Shown here piece after piece: positions 20,861 through 30,519 of a stretch of 64,000 nt of DNA. The stretch is from Limisphaerales bacterium (GTDB taxonomy: Bacteria; Verrucomicrobiota; Verrucomicrobiia; Limisphaerales; JAJOIW01): NCBI GenBank assembly GCA_965657355.1, contig CBFHOE010000003.1, forward strand, positions 64,001-128,000. The letters run 5' to 3'. The translations under genes were made by a program, and so were the position numbers. The notes beneath the pieces were generated by a model that saw only the letters and a program-made list of their open reading frames with translations, was not told the origin of the DNA and searched no databases. The first letter of the stretch is position 1, and every line of letters begins with the position of its first letter.

Positions 20861-21661
20861 GTGATGCCAATGTCAGGGGATAAAAATAAGAGCAGGATTT
20901 TTTACATATGTATCTCCATTATCGGTGGGCTGTATGTGCTTTTATTGGTCCTGATGTTATCAGCTCAAGCCTCATATTTTTCACCGCCAGGATTCCTTGC
21001 CGTATTAAAAAAACCCGAGATTCAATTTTCAATTAAACTGTCCCTATTAAGCTGTTCTGTTTCAGCTTTGATATCTGTCTGGATAGCTATCCCGTTAGGT
21101 TACCTAATGTCTAGGTATTCGTTTTTTGGTCGCTCTGCAATTGATGTCCTCATTCATGTCCCCATTGTTCTTCCACCGCTTGTCGTGGGCTGTTGCTTGC
21201 TCGTGCTTTTCAACTACCCCCCATTTTCATATTTTGGTCAAATTTTTGTCTTTAATTGGCCGGGAGTGATACTCGCCCAATTCGTTGTGGCTTGTGCATT
21301 ATCTGTCAGGACAATGCGGCTTTGTTACGATCAAATACCGGAGCGATATGAAAAAGTTGCTTTAACTTTAGGATGCCACCCTGGATCGGCTTTTCAAAAA
21401 GTGGTATTGCCTCAAGCCAAAAGTGGTATTCTCGAATCTTTTACTATAGCCTGGGCTAGGTCTTTAGGCGAATTCGGCCCAATATTAGTTTTTGCGGGAG
21501 CAACTAGCGGAAAGACGGAGGTATTATCAACTTCATTTTTTCTTTCCATGCAGGCAGGGGATATGGAAGGCATGATTTCTATATCTACTATTATGGTTGT
21601 CTGCGCCGTATTTGTATTGTCATTAGCAAGTGCTCTTGGAAGGAGAATGAGAGAGGAATGA
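20861..21661 (+). CDS. modB: Molybdate ABC transporter permease
   Basis: PIVLPPLVVG, YEKVALTLG, AWARSLGEFG. Confidence 0.87.
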   Translation: MMPMSGDKNKSRIFYICISIIGGLYVLLLVLMLSAQASYFSPPGFLAVLKKPEIQFSIKLSLLSCSVSALISVWIAIPLGYLMSRYSFFGRSAIDVLIHVPIVLPPLVVGCCLLVLFNYPPFSYFGQIFVFNWPGVILAQFVVACALSVRTMRLCYDQIPERYEKVALTLGCHPGSAFQKVVLPQAKSGILESFTIAWARSLGEFGPILVFAGATSGKTEVLSTSFFLSMQAGDMEGMISISTIMVVCAVFVLSLASALGRRMREE

Positions 21662-22299
21662 TACGACTGGAAAATATTTGTATATCTTATGGGTCTTTTT
21701 ATCTAAAAAATATTAATTTCGAAGTCCCAAAAGGTTCATATGCTGTACTATCAGGGAAAAGTGGCTCGGGTAAATCTACCCTCCTTGAGATTATTTGCGG
21801 GCTAAAGCGACAAACCAAAGGTCAAGTGTTTATTGATAATAGGGATGTTTCTTTTGATCTGCCAGGTTGTAGGAATATCGGTTATGTTCCTCAGGATTTG
21901 GCCCTGTTTCCAAATTTAAACGTAAAAAACCAAATCGCATTTGGTCTTCAATTGAGAGGGCATTCCGATCTTGAAATCAACACCCGGGTTTCAGAGTTGG
22001 TTGAATTGTTCGACCTCAAACATGTCGTTTGTGATTTTCCGAAAAATTTAAGTGGGGGTGAAGCTCAAAGGGTTGCGTTAGCAAGAGCATTAGCGAGTCG
22101 TCCGCGTATTTTATGCCTTGATGAGCCTCTGTCGGGATTGGATGCCGATTTACATGACACCGTTTGCCACTATCTCAAATCTGTTTTTGAAGCCTCTCAA
22201 TATACTGTTTTGCATGTAACGCATAACAAAGATGAAGCAAAACGATTATCAACCCAATTTTTTGAAATTTCCAATAATGCTATCTTTCCCATCAATTGA
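21658..22299 (+). CDS. modC: Molybdate ABC transporter ATP-binding protein
   Basis: GKSGSGKST, LSGGEAQRVALARAL, LDEP, LHVTH. ATGA overlap with modB. Confidence 0.87.
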   Translation: MIRLENICISYGSFYLKNINFEVPKGSYAVLSGKSGSGKSTLLEIICGLKRQTKGQVFIDNRDVSFDLPGCRNIGYVPQDLALFPNLNVKNQIAFGLQLRGHSDLEINTRVSELVELFDLKHVVCDFPKNLSGGEAQRVALARALASRPRILCLDEPLSGLDADLHDTVCHYLKSVFEASQYTVLHVTHNKDEAKRLSTQFFEISNNAIFPIN

Positions 22300-23791
22300 A
22301 ATGACTCCTTGTAAAAAGAATTTCCTTAATCCGTTCATTTCTTCAATGAAAAAAACTGGAATAAAGATTTTTACCCGTGGCGTTATAAGCATTGTTCTAA
22401 AGCCCCTTTTACTAATCTTTGTTGATACAACTATAGGGCAAGATTTTATTAATTTTTCGTCGATTAGAAATGATTCTGAACCTGAGCAAAATCCATTTGT
22501 AAGATGGAACAGTGCTCAGCTTCCGGACCCTATAGGGTATGCAGCGGGCAGTGAAGCACTGAAGGAACAAGTAAGGATACGTCTGGATAAAAAAGGAAAC
22601 CTTAAACAATCTCTATTTCTTTACCATACTCAAGAAATAATAAACTGTAATGCGGAAATGATATCAATTTCATTTGTTGAGTCACCAATTTGGCTAGGAG
22701 CTGGCAAATTAGATTCATCAAGTGGGGCTCGATACTTCAATATGGAATTATTAAAAGATGATGTGGTCTCCATTCAAGTATTTGCAAAACGTTTGGGGTC
22801 ACCCTGTGACCCCTCGATAACAATTCTAAACCATAGAAGCGTTCCTATTGTTTTCGTTGATGACACAGATGTATTAGGTGGAGATCTGTCCTTTGAATTT
22901 ATTGCCCCTGAGAGTGGGAAATACCAATTCGAGCTAAGAGATGTCGAACACAGGTCTGGGGCCAATAATTTCTTTGCTTTAGAAGTATATAAAACTTTGG
23001 ACAAAAAGAGTTTTCCAAAGGCGAGCGATGACAAAATTAATCAATACGCCTCATTAAAGTTAGATGCTCCCAGAGATTTGAGCATTGTAAACCAGACAAT
23101 AAATGGCTATCTGATTAATGACACCGACAAAAAAAGCGTGGCTTTAGAGGTTGTTAAAAATTGTCCTGTAACAATTATTGCAAAAACCCGCTCCATTGGA
23201 GTAGACGTGGATACCCAAGTTTCGCTTTTTGATTCTGCGTGGAATAGAGTTCAAATAGAAAGTCAAAGCAACTTTGGTGATACCGAACTTTCATTAAAAA
23301 ACCTCGATGTAGGTCGATATACTATCGAGATTCAGTCCTTGGCGGGGCTTCGATTTAGCAATGCTCCGTTTCAAGTCAAGTTATCTAACGCATGGAAGGG
23401 CTTTGCGCTAAGCTCTGACCAACATCTCATAAACCTAATCAAGGGTGATTCCGCCAAAGTCAAAGTGAGTATTGATAGGGCTTTTGGATATAAAGGGGAG
23501 CTTAGATTCAATGTTGACGAGTCAAGGTTTCCCGATCCAGGTATAGCTATTAAAGTTGTCGAATCGAAAAATGAAACCAGTTCAGCTGTTATTGAATTGA
23601 AAGCTAAATCAATGAACCTGAAACCCGGTATTCATCTCATTCAAATCAATGGGTTTGGAAAGCTCAATTCAGGTGCTGGATATCCTGTTTCTACCAAGCC
23701 TTCGCTGGAAAAAATAGGATTGGCAGCATCTCCAAAATTATTATCAAAGCTTGATGGGATTTTCTTCATCAACGTCATTGAGGCTGAATGA
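22232..23791 (+). CDS. Hypothetical exported protein with PPC (pre-peptidase C-terminal)-like beta domains; start uncertain
   Basis: VFAKRLGSPCDPSITIL..DD....D..FEFIAPESGKY..ELRD and a second similar repeat (TRSIGVDVDTQVSLFD). No catalytic motif seen. Confidence 0.55.
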   Translation: MKQNDYQPNFLKFPIMLSFPSIEMTPCKKNFLNPFISSMKKTGIKIFTRGVISIVLKPLLLIFVDTTIGQDFINFSSIRNDSEPEQNPFVRWNSAQLPDPIGYAAGSEALKEQVRIRLDKKGNLKQSLFLYHTQEIINCNAEMISISFVESPIWLGAGKLDSSSGARYFNMELLKDDVVSIQVFAKRLGSPCDPSITILNHRSVPIVFVDDTDVLGGDLSFEFIAPESGKYQFELRDVEHRSGANNFFALEVYKTLDKKSFPKASDDKINQYASLKLDAPRDLSIVNQTINGYLINDTDKKSVALEVVKNCPVTIIAKTRSIGVDVDTQVSLFDSAWNRVQIESQSNFGDTELSLKNLDVGRYTIEIQSLAGLRFSNAPFQVKLSNAWKGFALSSDQHLINLIKGDSAKVKVSIDRAFGYKGELRFNVDESRFPDPGIAIKVVESKNETSSAVIELKAKSMNLKPGIHLIQINGFGKLNSGAGYPVSTKPSLEKIGLAASPKLLSKLDGIFFINVIEAE

Positions 23792-23801
23792 CATTTATCA
23801 A

Positions 23802-24569
23802 TTATTCGTTGTTAATAACCACAACGAGTTCCCCTTTCCATTTTTTTTCAGTAAAATCTTCTGCTACTTTTTTACCTTTTCCTCGAATAATTTGTTCGAA
23901 CTTCTTAGTTAATTCGCGACCAATAACAACATCCTTCTCTGGAAATATGTGCGTCATCTCGTTTAGGAAACGAGGCATTTTATGTGGAGACTCATAGAAT
24001 ACCAAACTTGCCTTAATTCCAGAGAGTTCCTGCATTTTTCTTAGACGTTGACCACTTTTAACTGGGAGGAATCCAGTGAAGAAAAATTCTTGATGACAAA
24101 AGCCAGAAGCTGATAGAGCAGTTGTTAGAGCACAAGCCCCTGGAAGTGCTATAGCAGGAATCTCGTTTGAAATCAGATCTTTTACAATTCTTTGACCCGG
24201 ATCACTGATTCCGGGTGTCCCGGCATCTGTTACCAAGGCGCCTACGCTACCGTTGCTGAGTAAGTCACATAGCAACGTGCTTCGTGAAGCCTCATTATGC
24301 TGGTGTGTACTTATCAGCCTTTTTTTTATGCCTAGCCTATGAAGCATGAGGCCTGTATGCCTGGTGTCCTCTGCTGCTATCCAATCAACGGTCGAAAGTA
24401 TTCTCAGCCCCCTGAGTGTGAAGTCCTCAAGATTACCAATTGGTGTTGGTACTAAATACAAAGCGCCTTTATCAAGCTGATGAGGTTCTCGCTCGTATAC
24501 CTTTTTGACAATTTGAATAATAAGATTTAGGCCGGTGAGATCGCCTGCTGATGTGCCTTTTATATCCAT
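23802..24569 (-). CDS. rsmI: 16S rRNA C1402 2'-O-methyltransferase
   Basis: LYLVPTPIGNLED, AAEDTR, DAGTPGISDPG, FYESPH, GRELTKKFE. Confidence 0.96.
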   Translation of the reverse strand: MDIKGTSAGDLTGLNLIIQIVKKVYEREPHQLDKGALYLVPTPIGNLEDFTLRGLRILSTVDWIAAEDTRHTGLMLHRLGIKKRLISTHQHNEASRSTLLCDLLSNGSVGALVTDAGTPGISDPGQRIVKDLISNEIPAIALPGACALTTALSASGFCHQEFFFTGFLPVKSGQRLRKMQELSGIKASLVFYESPHKMPRFLNEMTHIFPEKDVVIGRELTKKFEQIIRGKGKKVAEDFTEKKWKGELVVVINNE

Positions 24570-24605
24570 GGGGCACTCGTAATCGTAAATTCCGCTTGAG
24601 GCTGG

Positions 24606-26771
24606 TTAATTGATTGGCAGTGATTTGTCCGCGGTCAGTAGATTGTTCTTTTTTACCAAGTCGATGTAATCTGCCATTATGTTGACCGTTTCTTCTAAAT
24701 ATGGATCGACCAAAAATAGGAAGGGATTCTCTTCTTCGTCATCATCTTCAGGTTGAATTGGACCGTTTGATTTATATTCCGCAAGGAGGGATTCATTCGT
24801 TATTTTTTTGAATTTTTTGCCCTCTTCAAGATCCTTCATTGTTAATTCAAAGACGGAGCCTTTGCGTCCTGGTCTGCTGAGTCTTTCTTTCTTCCTATCC
24901 TCGATTCTCTTTTTGTTTTTATCGACTTCTTCTTTTCTCTTTGCCTTGTTGAGGGTTAGTTTTTTGGAGTTTTTCTTATCCTTGATAACCTTGATATCGT
25001 TTTGAACATATTTGAAATCCTGATTCTCTTGCACCCTCTTTTCCGATGCCACTTTTAAATTGCTGACATAATCGAGGACAAGGTCAAGTGGGGTGAATCT
25101 TGATTGGGATTTAATGCGATCTGCCTCCAAGGCGTTTTCGAGACTTGCCTCTCCAAGCTCCATATGATCGTAAATACTTGGCAGTATTATATCTGGTGTA
25201 ACGCCATCTCTTTGCGTCGTCGTTCCCACTATCCGATAGAATTTTGAAATAGTGAATTTCAGTTTCCCAGGAGTATCAATAATCCTATTTCTTATGTATC
25301 TTCGTAGATCGAGAACGGTCTGAACTGTGCCCTTCCCATGAGTGGATTCATTACCAACAACTATGGCTCTTTCGTGGTCTTGCAGAGCCGCTGCGACAAT
25401 CTCGGATGCTGATGCACTCATTTTGTCTGTCAAAACAACCAATGGCCCCTCGTATGAGATATTAGGGTTGGGATCTCGTAATGTGGTTGATCTACCGATT
25501 ACTTCCCTTACCTGGACAATGGGGCCTTTTTTGATGAAGAGTCCGGCAACTTTTTGTGCTTCAGGCAGTAGGCCTCCGCTGTTGCCCGCTAGGTTTAAAA
25601 TGATTCCATCAACGTTTTCTTTCTTTAGTTTTACAATCAGCTGTGCAAGGTGGTTTGAACACTTGTCGTAGAACTGATTAAGATCTAAAACGCCAATTTT
25701 TAATATATCCCCCGAGGGTAGAACTTCCTCGATTAATCGAGCCTTCGCTAATTGCTCCTCGAGTTTGATTTTGTCTCTTTTGAGCTCGACCACTTTAGTT
25801 TCGGACTCGTCCTCAGGTATGACAGTCAACTTAACTATTGTTCCTCTTGGACCACGAATCATGTCGACTACTTTATTAAGTTTCATTTCTATTGTATCGA
25901 CAGGTTCTTCTTCTCCTTGGGCTACTGCAATGATTCGGTCTTTAGGCTTGAGATTGTTTGATTCTTCAGCTGGCCCACCCGGGATTAATCGGACTATTTG
26001 TGTATATCCGTCGACATATTGAAGAACAGCTCCAATCCCGTAAAATGAAAGATCTATATTTTGAATCTCAAAATTCTTAGCTTCAGTTGGGCTCATGTAA
26101 CTAGAATGAGGATCAAACGTTCGGCCTAGTGCGCTTAAGAACGTTTGTAGGATTTCCTCATTGTCATATTTGCTCAACATGGAATAAAGACTTCTGTATC
26201 TCTTGTGGAGTTTTTCTCGTATCTTTTCTGCCGAATCTTTCGAGTTTTGGCTCCGCAGAAACTCGTCTTTAATCCTTTTACGCCAAAGTTCATCGACTTC
26301 GGATTGGTCACTTGGCCATTCTGACTCGGATCTATCGGTCTGGATTTCTTCGTCTATCGTGAAGTCGAATTGTTTATCTATTAATTTGTGAGCCAGTTCG
26401 ACTCGAGATTCCAGCCTTTCGATATATTTTCGAAATATCACAAATGCTGCCGATGCATTTTCGTTTTTTAAAAAATCGAAAAGTCGAGTGCCGTAAGTCT
26501 TTTCGAATAGTTCGACATCCCTCTGAAGAAAAACCATTCTTCTTGGGTCGAGGCTATCCAGGTAGGTTTTCAAAAAGTTGCTGCTTCTTTGGTCGTCGAG
26601 TTTGTTGTTAGAAAAATGGAGCTGTGCGAGAAGCTCGCTGGTAACTCTTGAGATCACACCCGCCTGATCAACAGATATTTCAATGGCTGAAGCAGGCAGT
26701 AAAAAACCACCCGTCAGGATGCTAAAACTCAAGCAAAATGCAACTAGTTTCGATTTCATTAAATTATTCAA
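24606..26771 (-). CDS. prc: Carboxy-terminal processing (tail-specific) protease, S41A
   Basis: Signal peptide, FDPHSSY, PDZ (GIGAVL..IRGPRGT), SASASEIVAAALQD, HGKGTVQ, KFYRIVG.TTQ..GV.PDI. Confidence 0.93.
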   Translation of the reverse strand: MNNLMKSKLVAFCLSFSILTGGFLLPASAIEISVDQAGVISRVTSELLAQLHFSNNKLDDQRSSNFLKTYLDSLDPRRMVFLQRDVELFEKTYGTRLFDFLKNENASAAFVIFRKYIERLESRVELAHKLIDKQFDFTIDEEIQTDRSESEWPSDQSEVDELWRKRIKDEFLRSQNSKDSAEKIREKLHKRYRSLYSMLSKYDNEEILQTFLSALGRTFDPHSSYMSPTEAKNFEIQNIDLSFYGIGAVLQYVDGYTQIVRLIPGGPAEESNNLKPKDRIIAVAQGEEEPVDTIEMKLNKVVDMIRGPRGTIVKLTVIPEDESETKVVELKRDKIKLEEQLAKARLIEEVLPSGDILKIGVLDLNQFYDKCSNHLAQLIVKLKKENVDGIILNLAGNSGGLLPEAQKVAGLFIKKGPIVQVREVIGRSTTLRDPNPNISYEGPLVVLTDKMSASASEIVAAALQDHERAIVVGNESTHGKGTVQTVLDLRRYIRNRIIDTPGKLKFTISKFYRIVGTTTQRDGVTPDIILPSIYDHMELGEASLENALEADRIKSQSRFTPLDLVLDYVSNLKVASEKRVQENQDFKYVQNDIKVIKDKKNSKKLTLNKAKRKEEVDKNKKRIEDRKKERLSRPGRKGSVFELTMKDLEEGKKFKKITNESLLAEYKSNGPIQPEDDDEEENPFLFLVDPYLEETVNIMADYIDLVKKNNLLTADKSLPIN

Positions 26772-27092
26772 AATTTTTTATTTCGGTCTGTTAACTTATA
26801 TAAAAGGCTTAATTGGGATCATTGGACTTCGTATGCCGCTTTAATTTCACAGCCAAAGTCTAATGTGAATTTATGATTCCATTTCTTTAGACATACTAAG
26901 CCCCATTGGTGTTCAAGTCCAACTTGTGGTCCTATTGTTTCATACCTTAGGTTCGAAATCTATTAGGATTTCTCTCACTAAATTTGTGACATTTTTATTC
27001 TCTGTCAGGAAATAGGAGGATAAGGCCTGTTTTGGTCTGTTTTTCTTTGATTTCAGCTGGTTTTTAGAGTTTGAAGCGAACCACTGAATGGC

Positions 27093-27120
27093 TTGACAAA
27101 CTAACCGCATTTGGTATTGT
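27093..27120 (+). promoter_or_regulatory. Sigma70-type promoter of the rpmH operon
   Basis: TTGACA (27093-27098), 16-nt spacer containing an extended TG, then TATTGT (27115-27120), about 65 nt before rpmH. Confidence 0.6.
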
Positions 27121-27186
27121 CCTCAGCCCCTTATATGGGAGGAAATCTGGTTTTTTTACTGATTTTCAGTTAGAAAGAGAATTTTA

Positions 27187-27324
27187 ATGAAGCGAACATA
27201 TCAACCTTCACGAATAAAGCGGGTGCGCCAACACGGCTTTTTAGCGAGAAATCGCAAAAAGAGTGGTCGAGCAATCCTTGCTGCCCGCCGCCGCAAAGGA
27301 CGTCAACGTTTGACTCCAGTATAG
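27187..27324 (+). CDS. rpmH: 50S ribosomal protein L34 (not in the ORF track)
   Basis: Manual translation: [45 protein letters not shown]. Confidence 0.97.
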   Translation: MKRTYQPSRIKRVRQHGFLARNRKKSGRAILAARRRKGRQRLTPV

Positions 27325-27349
27325 GTCGTAGGATTGAGGCAATCCTGAC
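27325..27349 (+). promoter_or_regulatory. Stem-loop immediately after rpmH (possible attenuator or mRNA stabiliser)
   Basis: GTC-GT-AGGATTG-AGG-CAATCCT-GAC with only a weak T tract. Confidence 0.35.
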
Positions 27350-27436
27350 ATTTCAGCTCCGAAATTAATTCCATGTTCTTTGTGAAGCATCTAATCGGGC
27401 TGTTCACCCTGAGTTTACTCCGATTCACCAGGTAAA

Positions 27437-27844
27437 ATGACATCGGAGCCATCGAGGCTAGAAGCAAGGAAAAGACAGTCTGCATGTAGACTGCACTCTT
27501 TTTCGTGCCAAAAAAGAATTAAATACACTCGTGAATTTCAACTTGTCAAAGAGCATGGTAAACGCCTTCAGTCCAAATACTTCGTTGCCAATTTTTTACA
27601 AAAGCCGACTCAAAAGAATAGTCGACTAGGTGTTATTACCAGCAAAAGGATTGGATCAGCTGTTATAAGAAACAGAGCGCGAAGGGTTCTTCGGGCCGCT
27701 TACATAGCCTGTTATCATCGGATTTCCATTCCTATGGATCTTGTTCTGGTTGCCAGAAAGCGAATTATAGGCCAAAAATCTTATAAGATAACGCAGGATT
27801 TATTAATGATCTTAGAATCAAATAATCTCCTTAAGACAAGATAG
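27437..27844 (+). CDS. rnpA: Ribonuclease P protein component
   Basis: RLGVITSKRIGSAVIRNRARRVLR; located after rpmH. Confidence 0.93.
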   Translation: MTSEPSRLEARKRQSACRLHSFSCQKRIKYTREFQLVKEHGKRLQSKYFVANFLQKPTQKNSRLGVITSKRIGSAVIRNRARRVLRAAYIACYHRISIPMDLVLVARKRIIGQKSYKITQDLLMILESNNLLKTR

Positions 27845-27922
27845 TGCCTTGAACACAAATTATACCAAATTTAATCGCTGTGCTATTCAAGCAACCTAAA
27901 GGCGATTCACCACATACGTCAT

Positions 27923-29842
27923 ATGGATAGGACATCATATATAGTTTTAGGCATTTGTTTTGTGCTCTTGTTCGCATGGGAGCCACTAACCAGCAAGCTA
28001 GCCCAGTCGGAAGACTCTTCATCTGAACCTAAATCGCAGGGGGGGGTTACTAACAGCGCTTCCACCATCGCCATTGGTGAAACAGAGCCAAGCTTGAGCA
28101 CCGACGATTTAAAAATCCCACAGACCACCGATGGGGTGCTTTCAGCTTTAGCAACGAATAATGCCGAAACAATCAAAGTTGAAACCGGCACGCTTCAAAA
28201 TGAGCCTATTGAATCAAAAACTTTCAAGCTTGAGACTCCAAATGCCAGTTACGAATTTTCAAACCTTTTCGGTGGTTTAAAATCCGTTTATCTAAAAAAT
28301 TATGAAAGAAATATCACCTGCGGAAGCGAAGGTGAGATTAATTCGACAAATCGAGTTGTTATTAATTACAAAAACAACTACGAGATTCTCGGTTTAGAAA
28401 ATTTGAGTAGTTTGGGCGCCCAAGGCGGATTTGAACATCGCGAAGATCCTTCCAATAACTCCATCTTATTTTGGAAGAACCTGCCAGGTGGCCTCCAATT
28501 GGCTCAGGAGTTTATTGTCTCAACCAATGACTATCACATAACCGCCAAGATACAGATAAAAAATGTTTCACCTGATACGCCCAGGCTGGTGAAGAGTACT
28601 CGACGTTCTGTGGGTTCAATAGCTGTAAACACTTTTGCCGAGCAAGATATCGATCTTCGGCTTTTCTTTTTAGATGGAACCCAATTTGAAAAAGTTCAGT
28701 CATCATGGTTTGATAACAAAACATTAGGCTGCATCCCCGGAACTCCTCGATCTCAGTTCAGCCAGCAAACAAGCAATCTGCAATGGTGCTCCCTCGCAAA
28801 TCGGTTTTTCTCAATAATCGTCGAACCGAAGCCTAGCCTCCACGGCAGTCCTCAAGGGGTGGTTGCAGTAAGGAAAAAAATTGCCTTTCCGGATGATCCC
28901 AAGCTTAAGCCTCACGATCAAATTCAAGCCGCATTATTTTACCCAGAAAAAATTCTTGGAGCAGGGGAATCCATTGTCCGGGAATTTGATATCTATGTCG
29001 GGCCGAAATCATACCAAACACTGAAGAAAATGCCTCTAGACAAAGACAAAATAGCTGACTTTGGTTGGTTTGGATTTTTCAGCAAAGGACTTTTGTCTGC
29101 GATGAATGGATTGCACTCATTGGGGTTGCCTTACGCTCTTTGCATCCTACTCATCACCTTCGTCATAAAGATGATCTTTTGGCCATTAACACATGCCAGT
29201 ACCAAATCCATGAAGAGGATGTCCAAGCTACAGCCTCAGATGAAGGAGATTCAGGAAAAATACAAGGACGAGCCCCAAAAAATGCAGCAAAAGCTCATGG
29301 GCTTCATGAAGGAAAACAAGGTTAATCCCATGGGTGGCTGTATACCAATGGTGCTTCAAATGCCCGTATTTATTGGGTTTTTCTACATGATACGAACGGC
29401 TTTTGAATTGCGAGGGGAATCATTCTTGTGGGCGTGTGATCTTTCTCAATCAGACACAGTTGCTGTTTTATTCGGGTTTCCAATAAATCCCATGCCCATA
29501 TTAATGGGAATCACAATGTTAGTTCAGGCAAGGTTGACACCACCGGCAGCTGGCGTAGACCCAATGCAGGCAAATATGATGCGATATATGCCGCTCATGT
29601 TTGTGGCTTTTCTTTACAATTTCAGTTCGGCATTAACGATGTATTGGACGTTTCAGAACGTCCTAAGTATCGTTCAAACGCGTCTAACAAAAATTGACGA
29701 ATCAAAACTCGTGACGAAGACCTCCCCAACAGGAGGAGCCGGAATGCCAACGAAAAAGTCTAAAAAATCACGGAAGCCTAAAAATTGGCTCGAAGCCAAG
29801 CAAATGGCCATGAAGTCGTCCAATAAGAAGAAAAAACATTAG
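27923..29842 (+). CDS. yidC: Membrane protein insertase YidC
   Basis: YVGPK, DFGWFG, SMKRMSKLQP, NPMGGCIPMVLQMPVF, LTMYWTFQN; basic C-terminal tail. Confidence 0.96.
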   Translation: MDRTSYIVLGICFVLLFAWEPLTSKLAQSEDSSSEPKSQGGVTNSASTIAIGETEPSLSTDDLKIPQTTDGVLSALATNNAETIKVETGTLQNEPIESKTFKLETPNASYEFSNLFGGLKSVYLKNYERNITCGSEGEINSTNRVVINYKNNYEILGLENLSSLGAQGGFEHREDPSNNSILFWKNLPGGLQLAQEFIVSTNDYHITAKIQIKNVSPDTPRLVKSTRRSVGSIAVNTFAEQDIDLRLFFLDGTQFEKVQSSWFDNKTLGCIPGTPRSQFSQQTSNLQWCSLANRFFSIIVEPKPSLHGSPQGVVAVRKKIAFPDDPKLKPHDQIQAALFYPEKILGAGESIVREFDIYVGPKSYQTLKKMPLDKDKIADFGWFGFFSKGLLSAMNGLHSLGLPYALCILLITFVIKMIFWPLTHASTKSMKRMSKLQPQMKEIQEKYKDEPQKMQQKLMGFMKENKVNPMGGCIPMVLQMPVFIGFFYMIRTAFELRGESFLWACDLSQSDTVAVLFGFPINPMPILMGITMLVQARLTPPAAGVDPMQANMMRYMPLMFVAFLYNFSSALTMYWTFQNVLSIVQTRLTKIDESKLVTKTSPTGGAGMPTKKSKKSRKPKNWLEAKQMAMKSSNKKKKH

Positions 29843-29957
29843 AGCTCAAGATTCAATTTTTAGCTTTCTGGTGCGGAGCCACAGACCATAAAATGGCTAG
29901 GTGGCTATGAATCAGGGATCCAGAAAACCTTTGCAAATTTCCAAACTCAATCGATAA

Positions 29958-30410
29958 ATGTCACAAGAACCAAAACAACTTCTATTAGAGATCGTCAAAT
30001 CACTTGGATTTGAAGCCACAATCGAGGAAAAGCCGTGGGAACAGGGCGTTCTTCTTGATATCCAAACGGACGACACTTCTCGCCTGATAGGCAGAAAGGG
30101 CCAAACCTTGGCTGCCCTACAATATCTACTCAATCGCATCCTCTTTAGATCCGATGAGAATGCTCCAAAAGTAACAGTTGATGTCGGATGCTATCGATCT
30201 GAACAAAGAGCTGAGCTTATTAAAATGGCTCAAAATTCCGCCGAGAAATGCAAAAAATGGGGGGAAATCATAGAATTAAGACCTATGAACGCCTTCAACA
30301 GGCGCATCGTTCACAACGCACTCAAAGAGGACCCAGGTGTCGAAACAATGAGTGTTGAAGTTCAAGGAAGCGAATTAAAAGCCATTATATTGAAACCTTT
30401 GTCCGCCTGA
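29958..30410 (+). CDS. jag: Jag/KhpB RNA-binding protein (KH + R3H, lacks the N-terminal Jag domain)
   Basis: LIGRKGQTLAALQYL (KH), PMNAFNRRIVH (R3H); follows yidC. Confidence 0.88.
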   Translation: MSQEPKQLLLEIVKSLGFEATIEEKPWEQGVLLDIQTDDTSRLIGRKGQTLAALQYLLNRILFRSDENAPKVTVDVGCYRSEQRAELIKMAQNSAEKCKKWGEIIELRPMNAFNRRIVHNALKEDPGVETMSVEVQGSELKAIILKPLSA

Positions 30411-30454
30411 AAATCCATAATCTCGAATGCCGAGACCACTTAGGGAGTAAAACA

Positions 30455-30507
30455 GCGGTAAAAGGGATAAACGCAAATGATCAGCCCTTCACCGCCCTCT
30501 TTTTTTT
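30455..30507 (+). terminator. Possible intrinsic terminator of the rpmH-jag operon
   Basis: GCGGT..AAGGG / CCCTT.ACCGC imperfect stem with a large loop, followed by T8, between convergent genes. Confidence 0.4.
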
Positions 30508-30519
30508 GGTAAACGGATA

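Noticed and set aside
26772..27186. oriC upstream of rpmH
   Set aside because: No dnaA and no cluster of TTATCCACA-like boxes seen.
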